Program-made: the position numbers and the translations under genes
The notes under the pieces: model-generated
The model's input: the letters and a program-made list of their open reading frames with translations, nothing else
Told to the model about the DNA's origin: nothing
The model's database searches: none
NCBI RefSeq assembly: GCF_963921235.1
Contig: NC_086097.1
Span: forward strand, 100,318,001 to 100,382,000
DNA from: Mobula hypostoma
Taxonomy: Eukaryota
Direction of reading: 5' to 3'
Length of the DNA stretch: 64,000 nucleotides
Part shown: piece by piece, positions 52,180 through 64,000 of the stretch
How positions within the stretch are numbered: position 1 is the first letter of the stretch
How the letters are laid out: each line of letters opens with the position of its first letter

Positions 52180-53190
52180 CAACACACACAAAATGCTGAA
52201 GGAACTGAGCTCATGGAAATGAATAAATGGTTAACATTTCAGGCTGAGACCCTTCAGCAGGACTGGAAAGAAAGGGGGAAGATGCCAGAATAAAACCCGG
52301 GGGGAGGGAAAGAAAGACGATTAGCTAGAAGGTGACAGATGAAAACCAGGTGGGTGGGAAAGGTAAAGGGACGTAGAGAATGGAATCTAATAAGAGAGGA
52401 GAGCGGACCATAGGAGAAAGGAAAGGAAGAGTGACAGCAGGGGGAGGTGATGGGCCCAGAATAAGAGTTAAGAGGCCAGAGGAGGAAATAGACAAAGGAA
52501 GGGGAAAGGAAAAAAATACTGGTTAGGAGAAATCTATGTTCATGCCATCTGGAAAATGATGGAATATGAGGTGTTGCTCCTCCACCCTGAGAATGGCTTT
52601 ATTGTGGCAAAAGATAAGGCAATGGACTGGCATGTCAGAACAGGAATGGGGATAAGAATTAAAGTAGTTGGCCTTGGGGATATTCTGCTTTTGGGGGATG
52701 GAGTGAAGGTGTTCAACAAAGCCATCCCCCCATCTACATCGGGTCTCACCACTGTAGGGGAGACTGCATTGGAAGCACCAGATACAATAGAGACCCCAAC
52801 AGATTTGCAGGCGAAGTGTTACCTCACCTGGAAGGACTGCTTGGGGCCCTAAATGGAGGTAAGGGAGGAGGTGAATGGGCAGGGGTAGAATTTCTATTGC
52901 TTGTGGGTTATGTGCCTGGAGGGAGATTAGTGGGGAGGGACGAATGGACAAGGGAATCATGGAGGGAGCAATCCCTGTGGAAAGCTGGGGGGGAAGGGGA
53001 GTATGAGGTAAAGGTGTGTTTGGTGGCAGGATCCTGTTGAAGATGGCGGAGGTTGCTGAGAAAGATGTGCTGGATGTGGAGGGCGATGGGGTGGTAGTTG
53101 AGGACAAGAGGAACTCTATCCCTATTAAGGTTCAGGCAGGAAGATGGGGTGAGTACAGATCCCTATCCTCAGGAGGTTGACATTCCCTGA
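52180..53190 (-). mobile_element. Penelope-like element fragment (degenerate GIY-YIG endonuclease plus pseudo-LTR)
   Basis: GLYCIWCFQCSLPYSGETRCRWGDGFVEHL...EEQHLIF...GMNIDFS in ORF 52523-53107. Confidence 0.8.
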
Positions 53191-54998
53191 AGCAGGGAGA
53201 ACCTTGTTCTATTCCTGGTGCAAGTTCTCCCCAGAGTCTAATTATCTGTCTTATTTATATATTGTGTTTCTAGGCAGCGGTGGTAATAGATGACTTATAA
53301 ATACAATGTTTTACTAACAACTCCCTGAGAATGCAGCACAGTCTCCAAACTTTTCCCATACAAGGCCAAATGCAAATAATGTGGTTAACTGTGTCCTCTC
53401 CAGGAGTCAGAGCTCGGTAACAATAGAACATAGAAAAGTACAGCACAGTACAGGCCCTTCGGCCCACAATGTTGTGCCGACCATCAAACTCTGCCTCCCA
53501 TATAAGCCCCCACCTTAAATTCCTCCATATACCTGTCTGGTAGTCTCTTAAACTTCACTAGTGTACCTGCCTCCACCACTGACTCAGGCTGTGCATTCCA
53601 TGCACCAACCACTCTCTGAGTAAAAAACCTTCCTCTAATATACCCCTTGAACTTCCCACCCCATACCTTAATGCCATGGCCTCTTGTATTGAGCAGCGGT
53701 ACTTTCAAAGAACAGAGAGCTATCTCATTGGAAGATCCAAAGTTCCAGACAGATTATGCACGGCAGGGATGGGTGTAGGTCACAGTCTCAGGATGAGGAG
53801 TGAGAGGAGGAGAAATTTCTTCTTCCAGAGGCATTTTGGACGTTTGAATTTTTCGACTTTAGAGGACTGTGAAAGGTCAATTGTTCCGTTACAGTCATAA
53901 GGTCATACAACACAGACAAGGAGTTTTGGCCCTCCATGTCCACACCAACACTGCTGACAGTACCTTCACACCAGAGAGATATTACTATGTTTAAAAGACA
54001 TTTGGAAAGTAACACGGATATGAAAGGTTCAGAGGGATATGGGCCAAATGTAGGGAAATGTCACTCGGATAGGTACCTTGCATGGCATGGACAAGTGGTA
54101 AGAAGTACATGAAAAATCACTGTGGGGAAAGATCAGCCACAATCATATTGAATGGGGGAGCCCCAATGGTTTACTCTGCTTTTGGCTCCTATTCAATAAT
54201 CCACACATATACAAGTGACCAAAAGCTTGTCCAAAGTCGTAGGTTTTAAGAGGGACAGGTGGAGAGCAATAGGAATTTCTGAGATTGGTAGATCGACGGT
54301 AGTCCGTTTACAAAGTCTGTAATGCTGTATCAGGTTACAGAGGTAGTAACGAAGGATCAGAATCCTTACTGTATAACAATGGTCAGGCCAGTAAATGATA
54401 TTAAGAACACTATTAAAGGAGAAACCCAACTTCTTTTGAGATTTGAGTAGTTGTAGCAGGGTTTGTTTGAAGCAGCACAGGGGGCAGGAAGGCCTGTTTG
54501 CTGCAGACTAACTCTGTGACGAGAGATGCTGTCGAGACAACCACAATCAGTAAGGATAGGCAGCCACACCTCAATGATGATTACCCTTAACACTGGTGTT
54601 CCACAAGCCTGCATCCTCAGTCTCCTACTCTACTCCGTGTACACGTGGACAGATTCTGCTCCATCTCTATCTACAAGTTTGCAGATGACATCACTGTCGG
54701 CAGCTGCACCTCAAGTTATCAGTCTGAATACAGGAAGGAGATGGAGAGCCCAGTGACATGATGTCATGACAACAACCTTTCTTCTCAGTGTCAGTAAAAC
54801 AAAAGAGCTGATCATTAACTTCAGGAAGGAGATTGGTGCACCTTCTCCTGTTTACATCAGTGGTGATGAGAACTTCAATTTCCTAGGAGTGAACTTCACC
54901 AACAGCCTGTCTAGCTCCAACTCTGTAGATGCCATGGCCAAGAAAACTCATGAGTAGCTCTACTTTCTCAGGAGGCTTAAGTAATTCAGCATGACCCT

Positions 54999-55825
54999 TG
55001 TAAGTGGAACAAGTGCTACACATGCCCCTACACTTCCTCCCTCACTACCATTCAGGGCCCCAGACAGTCCTTCCAGGTGAGGCGACACTTCACCTGTGAG
55101 TCGACTGGGGTGATATACTGCGTCCGGTGCTCCCGATGCGGCCTTCTATACATTGACGAGACCCGACGCAGACTGGGAGATCATTTCGCAGAACACCTAC
55201 GCTCTGTCCGCCAGAGAAAGCAGGATCTCCCAGTGGCCACACATTTTAATTCCACATCCCATTCCCATTCTGATATGTCTATCCACGGCCTCCTCTACTG
55301 TAAAGATGAAGCCACACTGAGGTTGGAGGAACAACACCTTATATTCCATCTGGGTAGCCTCCAACCTGATGACATGAATATTGACTTCTCTAACTTCCGC
55401 TAATGCCCCACCTCCCCCTTGTACCCCATCCGTTATTTATTTATATACACACATTCTCTTTCTCTCTCTCTACTTTTTCTCCCTCTGTCTCTCTCACTAT
55501 ACCCCTTGCCCATCCTCTGGGTTTTTCCCCCCTCCCCCCCCCATCTTTCTCCCTGGGCCTCCTGTCTCATGATCCTCTCATATCCCTTTTGCCAATCACC
55601 TGTCCAGCTCTTGGCTCCATCCCTCCCCCTCCTGTCTTCTCCTATCATTTCAGATCTCCCACTTTTAAATCTCTTACTAGCTCTTCGTTCAGTTAGTCCT
55701 GACAAAGGGTCTCGGCCCGAAACGTTGACTGTACCTCTTCCGAGAGATGCTGCCTAGCCTGCTGCGTTCACCAGCAACTTTTATGTGTGTTGCTTGAAAT
55801 TCCAGCATCTGCAGATTTCCTCATA
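54999..55825 (+). mobile_element. Penelope-like element 3' fragment: GIY-YIG endonuclease plus pseudo-LTR with hammerhead motif
   Basis: ORF 55077-55403 reads FTCESTGVIYCVRCSRCGLLYIDETRRRLGDHFAEH...LEEQHLIF. ~13-bp TSD TCAGCATG(A/G)CCCT at 54986-54998 / 55826-55838. Confidence 0.88.
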
Positions 55826-56304
55826 TCAGCATGGCCCTGTTGACCTTCGCCAATTTTTACTGAAGCACCGTACAATGCATCCTACATCACGGCTTGGTAC
55901 GGCAACTGCTCTGCTTGAGATTGCAAAGAACTGCAGAGAGTTGTGGACACAGCTTAGCACATCGTGGAAACTAGCCTGCCCTCCACGGCTTCTGTCCACA
56001 CTTCTCAGTGTCTCATAAAGCAGCCAACAATATCAAAGATATCAACCAACCCAGCCATTCCCCCTCCTGTCAGGTTGAAGTTACAAAAGCCTGTAAGCAC
56101 ATATCACTAGGGTCAAGGATAGCCTCTTCCCTGCAGTTATAAAACTACAGAATGATTCCCTAGTACAAGGAGATGGACTCTTGAACTCACAAACTACTTC
56201 GTAATGGCCTTGCACTTTGTCTACCCGTACTGCATTTTCTCTAACTGTAACACTTTATTCTGCATTCTGATATTGTTTTCCTTCATGCTAACTCAATGTA
56301 CTGA

Positions 56305-59300
56305 CAGAACATAGAACAGTACAGCACATTACAGGCCTATTGGCCCACAATGTTGTGCCGACCGTCAATCCCTGCCTCCCATATAACCTCCCACCTTAAA
56401 TTCCTCCATATACCTGTCTAGTAGTCTCTTAAACTTCACTAGTGTATCTGCCTCCACCACTGACTCAGGCAGTGTATTCCATGCACCAACCACTCTCTGA
56501 GTAAAAAACCTTCCTCTAGTATCCCCCTAGAACTTCCCACCGCTTACCTTAAAGCCATGTCATCTTGTATTGAGCAGTGGTTCCCTGGGGAAGAGGCACT
56601 GGCTATCCACTCTATCTATTCCTCTTAATAACTTGTACACCTCTATCATGTCTCCTCTCATCCTCCTTCTCTCCAAAGAGTAAAGCCCTAGCTCCCTTAA
56701 TCTCTGATCATAATCCATACTCTCTAAACCAGGCAGCATCCTGGTAAATCTCCTCTGTACCCTTTCCAATGCTTCCACATCCTTCCTACAGTGAGGCGAC
56801 CAGAACTGGACACAGTACTCCAAGTGTGGCCTAACCATTGTTTTATAGAGTTACATCATTACATCGTGACTCTTAAACTCTGTCCCTCGATTTATGAAAG
56901 CTAACACCCCATAAACTTTCTTAACTACCCTATCTACCTGTGAGGCAACTTTCAGTGATCTGTGGGCATGTACCCCCAGATCCCTCTGCTCCTCCACGCT
57001 ACCAAGTAACCTGCTATTTACTTTGTACTCTGCCTTGGATTTTGTCCTTCTAAAGTGTACCACCTCACACTTCTCTGGGTTGAACTCCATCTGCCACTTC
57101 TCAGCTCACTTCTGCATCCTATCAATGTCTCTCTGCAATCTTCGACAATCCTCTACACTATCTACAACACCACCAACCTTTGTGTCGTCTGCAAACTTGC
57201 CAGCCCACCCTTCTACCCCCACATCCAGGTCATTAATAAAAATCACGAAGAGTAGAGGTCCCAGAACAGATCCTTGTGGGACACCACTAGTCACAACCCT
57301 CCAATCTGAATGTACTCCCTCCACCACGACCCTCTGTCTTCTGCAGGCAAGCCAATTCTGAATCCACCTGGCCAAACTTCCCTGGATCCCATGCCTTCTG
57401 ACTTTCTGAATAAGCCTACCATGTGGAACCTTGTCAAATGCCTTACTAAAATCCATGTAGATCACATCCACTGCACTACCCTCAACTATATGCCTGGTCA
57501 CCTCCTTAAAGAACTCTATCAGGCTTGTTAGACATGATCTTCCCTTCACAAGACCATGATTTTCTAAATGCCCATAGATCCTATCTCTAAGAATCTTTTC
57601 CAACAGCTTTCCCACCACAGACGCAAGGCTCACTGGTCTATAATTACTGGGACTATCCCTACTACCTTTTTTGAACAAGGGGACAACATTCACCTCCCTC
57701 CAATCCTCCAGTACCATTCCCATGGACAATGAGGACATAAAGATCCTAGCCAGAGGCTCGGCAATCTCTTCTCTCGCCTTCTGGAGCAGCCTGGGGAATA
57801 TTCTGTCAGGTCCCAGGGACTTATCTGTCCTAATGTATTTTAACAACTCCAATACCTCCTCTCCCTTAATATCTACATACTCCAGAACATCAACCTCACT
57901 CATATTGTCCTCACCGTCATCAAGTTCCCTCTCATTGGTGAATACCGAAGAGAAGTATTCACTGAGGACCTCGCTCACTTCCACAGCCTCCAGGCACATC
58001 TTCCCACCTTCATCTCTAATCAGTCCTACCTTCACTCTTGTCATCCTTTTTTTCTTCACATAATTGAAGAATGCCTTGGGGTTTTCCTTTACCTTACTCG
58101 CCAGGGCCTTCTCATGCCCCCTTCTTGCTCTTCTCAGCCCCTTCTTAAGCTCCTTTCTTGTTACCCGATATTCCTCAATAGACCCATCTGATCCGTGCTT
58201 CCTAAACCTCATGTATGATGCCTTCTTCCACCTGACTAGATTTTCCACCTCACTTGTCACCCATGGTTCCTTCACCCTACCATTCTTTATCTTCCTCACC
58301 CAGACAAATTTATCCTTAACATCCTGCAAGAGATCTCTAAACATCGACCACATGTCCATAGTACATTTCCCTGCAAAAGCATCATCCCAATTCACACCTG
58401 CAAGTTCTAGCCTTATAGCCTCATAATTTGCCCTTCCCCAATTAAAAATTTTCCTGTCCTCCCTGATTCTATCCTTTTCCATGATAATGCTAAAGGCCAG
58501 GGAGCAGTGGTCACTGTCCCCCAGACGCTCACCCACTGAGAGATCTGTGACCTGACCTGGTTCATTACCTAGTACTAGATCTAGTATGGCATTCCCCCTA
58601 GTCGGCCTGTCAACATACTGTGACAGGAATCTGTCCTAGACACACTTAACAAACTCTGCCCCATCTAAACCCTTGGAACTAATCAGATGCCAATCAATAT
58701 TAGGGAAGTTAAAGTCACCCATGACAACGACCCTGCTATTTTTGCACCTTTCCAAAATCTGCCTCCCAATCTGCTCCTCGGTATCTCTGCTGCTACCAGG
58801 GGGCCTATAGAATACCCCCAGTAGAGTAACTGCTCCCTTCCTGTTCCTGACTTCCACCCATACTGACTCAAAAGAGGATCCTGCTACATTACCCACCCTT
58901 TCTGTAGCTGTAATAGTATCCCTGACTAGTAATGCCACCCCCTTCCCCTTTCCCCCCCTCTCTATCCCTTTTACAGCACTGAAATCCAGGAATCCAGGAA
59001 TGAGAATCCATTCCTGCCCTGGTGCCAGTCAAGTCTCTGTAATGGCCACTACATCATAATTTCATGTATGTATCCAAGCTCTCAGTTCATCACCTTTGTT
59101 CCTGATGCTTCTTGCATTGAGGTACACACACTTTAGCCCTTCTATCTTACTACCTTTACACCCTTTATTCTGATTCTCTTTCCTCAAAGCCTCTCCATCT
59201 GTTAGATCTGGCTTTTCTCCATGCACTTCTTTCACTGCTCTATCGCTCTGGGTCCCAACCCCCTTGCAAATTAGTTTAAACCTTCCTGAACCATGCTAGC

Positions 59301-60479
59301 AAACCCACCTGCAAGGATATTGCTCCCCCTTGAGTTCAGGTGCAACCCATCCAATTTGTACAGGTCCCACCTTCCCCAGAAGAGATCCCAATGATCCAAA
59401 AATCTAAAACCCTGCCCCCTGCACCAACTCCTCAGCCACGCATTCAACTGCCATCTCCTCCAATTCTTACCATCACTGTCACGTAGCACTGGCAGCAATC
59501 CTGAGAACACCACCCTTGAGGTCCTTTTCTTCAGCCTTCTGCCTAGTTCCTGAAACTCACACTTCAGGACCTCATCCCTTTTCCTGCCTATGTCGTTGGT
59601 ACCAACATGTATCATGCCTTCTGGTTGCTTTCCCTCTCGTACCAGGATGTCTTGCACCCAGTCATAGACATCCCGGACACTGGCACCCGGGAGGCAACAA
59701 ACCATGCAGATGTCCTTCTCACATCCACAAAATCTCCTGTCTGCTCCCCTGATTATAGAGTCTCCAATGACGACAGCTCTCCTCTTCTCCGTCCCACCCT
59801 TCTGCACCACAGGGTCAGACTCAGTGCCGGAGGCCCTGCCACCATGGCTCACACCTGGTCGGTCGTCCCCGCCAACAGTATCCAGGACGGTAAACTTATT
59901 ATTCAGGGGAGTGGCTACAGGGGTGCTCTGCACTACCTGTCTGCTCACCTTCGCTTTCCCCCCTCTGACTGTCACCCAACGACCTACTTCCGGTAGCCTA
60001 GGTGTGACTACCTCTCTGTAGCTCTCATCTATGACTGCCTCATTCTCCCTTATGAGTTGAAGGTCTTCCAGCTGCTGCTCCAGATTCCTTACACAGTCTT
60101 CCAGATCGCCCAGCTGCATGCACTTCTGGCAGATGTGACTCTGTGGGAGAGGGGAGTTCCCCCAAGACTGCCACATCTCACATGAGAGGCACATCACCGT
60201 CTCAGGAGGCATTGTAAAGACTAACTGGGAACAAGCTCGTCCTTCACCTCTTCTCATCGAAGCCTCTCGAGTCAAAGCCTCAAAGCTCCACTCCTTCACT
60301 GGCCCACTCACTCACTGGCCGCTCCGCTTGAGCTACCCCTCTATTTATTTGCTTGAGCTTTTCAAACTGCTTGGTCACCTGACCTCGATTGCCCAATCAG
60401 CTGCTTTCTGCTGAGTCTGAGCTGTTCAGATCTTGATTAACTTAATTGCACAGTCCAACTGCCAAAACTGCCAGATTCT
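56305..60479 (-). mobile_element. Full-length CR1 LINE (~4.2 kb)
   Basis: 5'UTR, open ORF1, and ORF2 in pieces (58636-58938, 57106-58536, 56851-57090, 56560-56838) with PQGSVLGP and FADDTKV. Repeat tail. Short TSD CTGA (56301-56304 / 60480-60483). Confidence 0.92.
59271..60212 (-). CDS. CR1 ORF1p (Cys knuckle, coiled coil, SGNH/GDSL esterase), uninterrupted, 313 aa from the first ATG
   Basis: CLSC...CQKC, heptad segment LEDCVRNLEQQLEDL, and catalytic blocks VIGDSII, GTND, DGLHL. Confidence 0.85.
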   Translation of the reverse strand: MPPETVMCLSCEMWQSWGNSPLPQSHICQKCMQLGDLEDCVRNLEQQLEDLQLIRENEAVIDESYREVVTPRLPEVGRWVTVRGGKAKVSRQVVQSTPVATPLNNKFTVLDTVGGDDRPGVSHGGRASGTESDPVVQKGGTEKRRAVVIGDSIIRGADRRFCGCEKDICMVCCLPGASVRDVYDWVQDILVREGKQPEGMIHVGTNDIGRKRDEVLKCEFQELGRRLKKRTSRVVFSGLLPVLRDSDGKNWRRWQLNAWLRSWCRGQGFRFLDHWDLFWGRWDLYKLDGLHLNSRGSNILAGGFASMVQEGLN

Positions 60480-62329
60480 CTGATGTGATAAAATGATCTG
60501 TATGGACAGTGTACAGAACAAAGCTTTTCACTGTACCTGGATACTTGTGACAATAATAAACCAATTTACCAAGTAGGCACTGAGCAACACATCTGCCTTT
60601 GGCAGCTGGAAAAATGAGGATCCCTGGGGCACAATCCATGCACACCAAAGAAAGGGAGGGAGAGGATTGGGACGTCATTCCTCCCATTGCAGAACAAACT
60701 CTCAGTGACAAGAAAGATTACAAAAGATCCTCATGCCTTGATATCACTCACAGAAAATCTCCACTTCCTACAAACCTTCCCATATGTCTATTTTGAGAAC
60801 TATTTTGACGGTTTCCATGAGCAACATAACAGTGACTCGCATTCCTCTTTCAGCACATCTGTTCCAAACACAAATTCTTTTGGCCGCAGATTCCTGTGTC
60901 AGATTATTACTTCATTGCCTATTCTGAGGGCCTCAACCTTGGAGCTGATTGGGAGTGTTCTGCCACTCACTCACAAACTGGCCAGTTGCTGACCCAGGAA
61001 GCCAGCGTTGTCCCACAGCAGGTGAAGTGGTGCCAAAGTAAATGAATCAGGAAACAGCATTACCGGCAACAGAGATGAACAACATGAAACCATGGTGCAC
61101 ACCAATCCACACGACTCCTCCCACCCCACTCTCAACAGAGCCTCCCTAAAACTCCCTTTTAATTGCCCCTCACCCCACCCTGCCTCCGAACCCCTATCCG
61201 TTGAGGTCCGTGGGATGAGCTGCTGACCTGGCAGTATGCTGGAATCTGGAGCAAGAGGCAAAACATCTGCAACCGCAGGGTCCCCCCTGCCATCGGGTTT
61301 CTGAATAGACATTGAATCCATGAACACTACCTCTACCTTTTTCCTCTTTTTGCACTATTTATTTCTATTTCTATTTATACATACACACTGTAATTTAGTT
61401 TTTAGTTAGTATGTATTGCAATGTACGGTACTGCTGCTGCATAACAACAAATTTCACAACGTATGCCAGTGATTCGGATTCTGGACTCACCATCAGCAAC
61501 CTGCCCCACCCCTCCCCTAATTCCACTAAGAGATCAGAGGAGTTGGGGTCATCTTCCCTGGGACAAAGATTTTTCTAAGCAAAGGGCAAGTGTTCCAGCG
61601 GAGCATCACATCCCTGCCATTCTGGAGCATCTCTGTCACCTCCCGGTTGCCCGTATCATCCCCCAGTTGCCCCTGCCCCCACACCACTCGAAGTTCCCAG
61701 ACCAGCTTCTGTCATCACAACAGGCACCAAAAACTCAGTGCTCTAATCCGACCCGCCTCTCCTCACAGATACCAGCTTCCTTCAAGCTTAAACCCCAGCT
61801 CGTTTACAGCCCTTTGCTCCAGGAGTCATCTCCCCTCCCACCTCCCAGCCCCTCTCAACAGCCGGTGTCATAGAATCATCAAGTTGGAAGCACAGAAAGG
61901 GGCCCATCAGCCCAGCCAGTCCATACTGGCCCTTCAGCCCATCTATCATTTGCTGCATTAGGATACCCTGCCATGCCTATCTATATAAGTGTTGGTCTGA
62001 ATGCCCCTTAAACAAGGAATTGTATCTGATTCCACCATCTCCTCAGTTCCAGTTATCAAACACTCTGTGTGAAAGAAACATTCCCCTCATCCGGTTTGAA
62101 ACTCTTTCCTCTCATTTTCCACCTCTTGCTTCTGTTCAGAAGATGATTTTGACCATCTACACAATCTACACCTCTCCTGATGCTACATACATTTACCAGA
62201 TCACCCTACCTTAGCACCAGGGAAAACAAGCCCAGCCTCTCCAATTTCTCACCTGACTAAACTCCCACAACTTCAAGCAGCTTTATGACAAATCTCCTCT
62301 ACAGTCTCTCCTGTTCTTCCAGTTAGAAG

Positions 62330-63100
62330 CAAGAAAGAATAAAAACAAGTTAGAATAATAAAGAATAAGTTACCTCAAACAGTCTAACAGGAGGGGTCAT
62401 CACTTCCCCGGCTATAGGGTGACTCGTTATGGAGCCTAGTGGCTGAGGGTAAGAATGACCTCATATAGGACTCTTCGAAGCAGCACAGTTGTCTTAGTCT
62501 ATTACTAAAAGTGCTCCTCTGTTCAGCCAAGGTGAGAAACATTTTCTGTAGGGTCCTTTGTTCTACCACAGCCTCCAGTGTATGCAGTTTGACTCCTATA
62601 ATAGAGCCAGCCTTTCTAATCAGTTTATTGAGCCTGATGGCATCACTCATGTTGATGCCATTGCCCCAGCATACCACCACATAGAAGATTATACTGGTGA
62701 GAACAGACTGGTAGAACATGTGAAGGAGACGCCTGCATACTCCAAAGGACCTTAGTCTCCTCAGGAAGTGGAGATGACTCTGGCCCTTCTTGTACACAAC
62801 CTCTGTGTTGGTCCTCCACTCAAGCCTGTCATCCAGGTGCACCCCCAGGTACTTGTAGGTCCTCACCACACCCACGTCCTCACCATCAATTGTTACAGGG
62901 AGCAGTGCAGCCTTTGTCTTCCTAAAGTCCGTCACCATCTCCTTTGTCTTACTGATGTTGAGCTGCAGATGATTCAGCTTGCACCACTTGACAAAGTCCT
63001 CCACCAGGGACCTGTATTCATCCTCCCGTCCTCCCTTTACACACTCAACTATTGCTGAGTCATCAGAGAATTCCTGCAGACAACATGTCTCAGTGTTGTA
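62330..63100 (-). mobile_element. Rex1/Babar LINE RT 3' fragment
   Basis: LQEFSDDSAIV...[15 protein letters not shown]...YKYLGVHLD...RSFLPSATRL. Confidence 0.85.
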
Positions 63101-63810
63101 TCGAAAGTCTGAAACAAAGCAAACGAGCTGGTCATTGACTTCATCGGGAAGGAGCACAGACCCAATGGAACTGAGGTGGATACAATTTATCAAATGCTTA
63201 GGTGTAAATATTACCAACAATCTGACCCAGCCTAGCTATGCGAAAGCTATGGCTCAGTGCCTCTATTTCCTCAGAAGGCTACAGAAATTTGGCACACTCC
63301 CTTCTACACTCACTCATCATACAGAGCATCCCGCTGGGATGTATCATAGCTTCATGAGACAACTGCTTTGCCCATGGCTGCAATAAACTGCAGAGACTTG
63401 GGGGGACAGCTCAGCACTTCACCAGAAACCAGCCTCCCCTCCATGGACTCTGTCTGCTATTGTAAAGCAGCCAGTGTGATCAAAGCCCCCACCCAAGCCG
63501 GCAATTCTCTCCTCTTCACAGCCATCACGCAGAAGATACAAAAGCCTGACAACACATACCACTGGCTCAAGCACATCTTCTATCTCACTGTTCTAAGAGT
63601 CTTGAAGAATTAAAAATGAACTCTTGATATTTCAGTCTACCCCATGAACTATATTTGTCTACCTTTTCTCTGTATCACTATACAGTATTCAGCACTGTTT
63701 TTTCATTTTATACTATAATTGTGTATGGAGTGATTTGTCTGGTTGGCATGCAAACAAAAACTTCTCACCCTGTCTCTGTACTTGTGACGATAACAAACCA
63801 ATTCCAAGTT
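63100..63810 (+). mobile_element. Degraded Rex1/Babar 3' fragment
   Basis: KCLGVNITNNL...LYFLRRL, with tail cttgtgacgataacaaacc. Confidence 0.7.
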
Positions 63811-63849
63811 TGTACTGTCTGGTATTTCACCTAATAACAAGCAGAAGAA

Positions 63850-63930
63850 ATGCAAACACAAAATAATCTGCAGATGCTGGGTCAAAGCAACACTCACAAC
63901 ACGCTGGAGGAACTCAGCAGGTCAGGGAAC
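63850..63930 (-). mobile_element. Penelope-like pseudo-LTR end
   Basis: tctgcagatgctgg...caacacgctggaggaactcagcagg is similar to 43190-43260 and 52180-52210. Confidence 0.55.
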
Positions 63931-64000
63931 CTACCAGCCTTCTCCTTCCCACCCTCCCCCCTCCTTCTTTGTAGGGCCTCTGCCCCTTCCCCCTACGATC

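Larger units (their letters stand above)
54526..60570 (+). mobile_element. Degenerate Rex1/Babar LINE hosting a Penelope fragment and a full-length CR1
   Basis: RQPQSVRIG...TGVPQACILS and VSKTKELIINFRK. The tail resumes at 60484-60570 after the CR1. Confidence 0.75.

Noticed and set aside
481..64000. CRIP2 or other expected neighbour genes upstream of CRIP1
   Set aside because: No LIM-domain or otherwise recognisable host exons were found by eye. Faint resemblances (TEDC1-like at ~29960, dystroglycan/sarcoglycan-like at ~35911, Ig-like at ~60940) were too weak to call.

Overview
This is eukaryotic, vertebrate DNA. The repeat repertoire (abundant CR1 LINEs with an SGNH-esterase ORF1, Rex1/Babar, L1, RTE, Penelope, tRNA-SINEs) suggests a cartilaginous fish, probably a ray; this is inference. 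The only host gene I can recognise is CRIP1, whose first coding exon (MPKCPKCNKEVYF, minus strand, 441-480) and TATA promoter lie at the left edge. The remaining ~63 kb upstream is mostly nested retroelements, many with readable target-site duplications (TSDs). They include a full-length Rex1/Babar LINE, a full-length CR1 with an open ORF1, a long L1 remnant, a near-intact RTE fragment, two solo LTRs, Penelope fragments and small hAT MITEs. The most interesting observations are: (1) several minimal hammerhead-ribozyme motifs in Penelope pseudo-LTRs, including a ~190-bp near-perfect palindrome; (2) an old inverted duplication linking the CRIP1 upstream region (~1.1-3.4 kb) to ~33.9-34.5 kb, containing an exon-like Cys-rich segment; (3) a 29-bp minisatellite that arose inside a LINE. 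I found no prokaryotic-type system (CRISPR, operon) and no clearly novel protein-coding system. Coordinates were read by eye, and ends without a TSD are approximate.
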